Source of the DNA: Tubiluchus corallicola
Taxonomy: Eukaryota > Animalia > Priapulida
Direction of reading: 5' to 3'
Assembly (NCBI GenBank): GCA_030141605.1
Contig: JAQGDQ010000682.1
Coordinates: forward strand, 1-64,000
Length of the DNA stretch: 64,000 nt
The notes beneath the pieces are model-generated. The model had not been told where the DNA came from. It saw nothing but the letters and a program-made list of their open reading frames with translations, and did not search any database. The translations under genes were made by a program, and so were the position numbers. Every line of letters starts with the position of its first letter. The stretch's first letter is position 1. Shown here piece after piece: positions 63,437 to 64,000 of this stretch.

Positions 63437-64000
63437 GCTATGTTCAGTATCGGGACAGGGACTCAAGCTAATGTTCAGTATCAGGACAGGGACTCTAGCT
63501 AATGCTCAGCTTCAGGACAGGTACTCGAGCTAATGTTCAGCATCAGGACAGGTACTCGAGCTAATGTTCAGCATCAGGACAGGGACACGTCAATGTTCAG
63601 CATCAGGACAGGGACACAGCAATGTTCAGCATCAGGACAGGGACACAGCAATGTTCAGCATCAGGACAGGGACTCTAGCTAATGTTCAGCATCAGGACAG
63701 GGACACAGCAACTGATGTTCAGCATCAGGACAGGGACTCTAGCTAATGTTCAGCATCAGGACAGGGACTCTAGCTAATGTTCAGCATCAGGACAGGGACA
63801 CAGCAATGTTCAGCATCAGGACAGGGACACAGCAATGTTCAGCATCAGGGCAGGGACAGTAACTGATGTTCAGCATGTTCAGCATCAGGACAGGGGCACA
63901 TCAGTGTTCAGCATCAGGACAGGGACACGTCAATGTTCAGCATCAGGGCAGGGACACAGCAATGTTCAGCATCAGGACAGGGACACGTCAATGTTCAGCA
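63437..64000. repeat. 29-32-bp minisatellite, runs off the window end
   Basis: Unit AATGTTCAGCATCAGGACAGGGAC(ACAGC/TCTAGCT/ACGTC). Confidence 0.95.

Overview
AT-rich animal (probably invertebrate) genomic DNA; no species can be assigned from this window alone. The left 34 kb is a minus-strand tandem cluster of single-exon class A GPCRs with odorant-receptor-like motifs: 7 intact genes, 1 truncated copy and 2 decayed copies. They are interleaved with minisatellites, MITEs and LINE fragments and show segmental duplication. To the right are six intact 5' coding exons of MED12 (minus strand, running into the GPCR cluster with no convincing further exon found), a complete three-coding-exon LAMTOR4 (plus), MAF1 with an intronless CDS (minus), and the first coding exon of a two-pore K+ channel (plus). 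The most interesting signals are: (1) the GPCR cluster may be nested in a MED12 intron, or else MED12 is truncated here; (2) a short RTE retroelement starts at the predicted cleavage site of a twister-ribozyme-like motif; (3) inverted Penelope-type minimal hammerhead motifs, one of which seeded a 1 kb minisatellite; (4) most receptors in the left part of the cluster carry their own 3' minisatellite; (5) inverted 40-bp satellite arrays flank the truncated receptor. All identifications are by eye from recalled family motifs; no database search was run.
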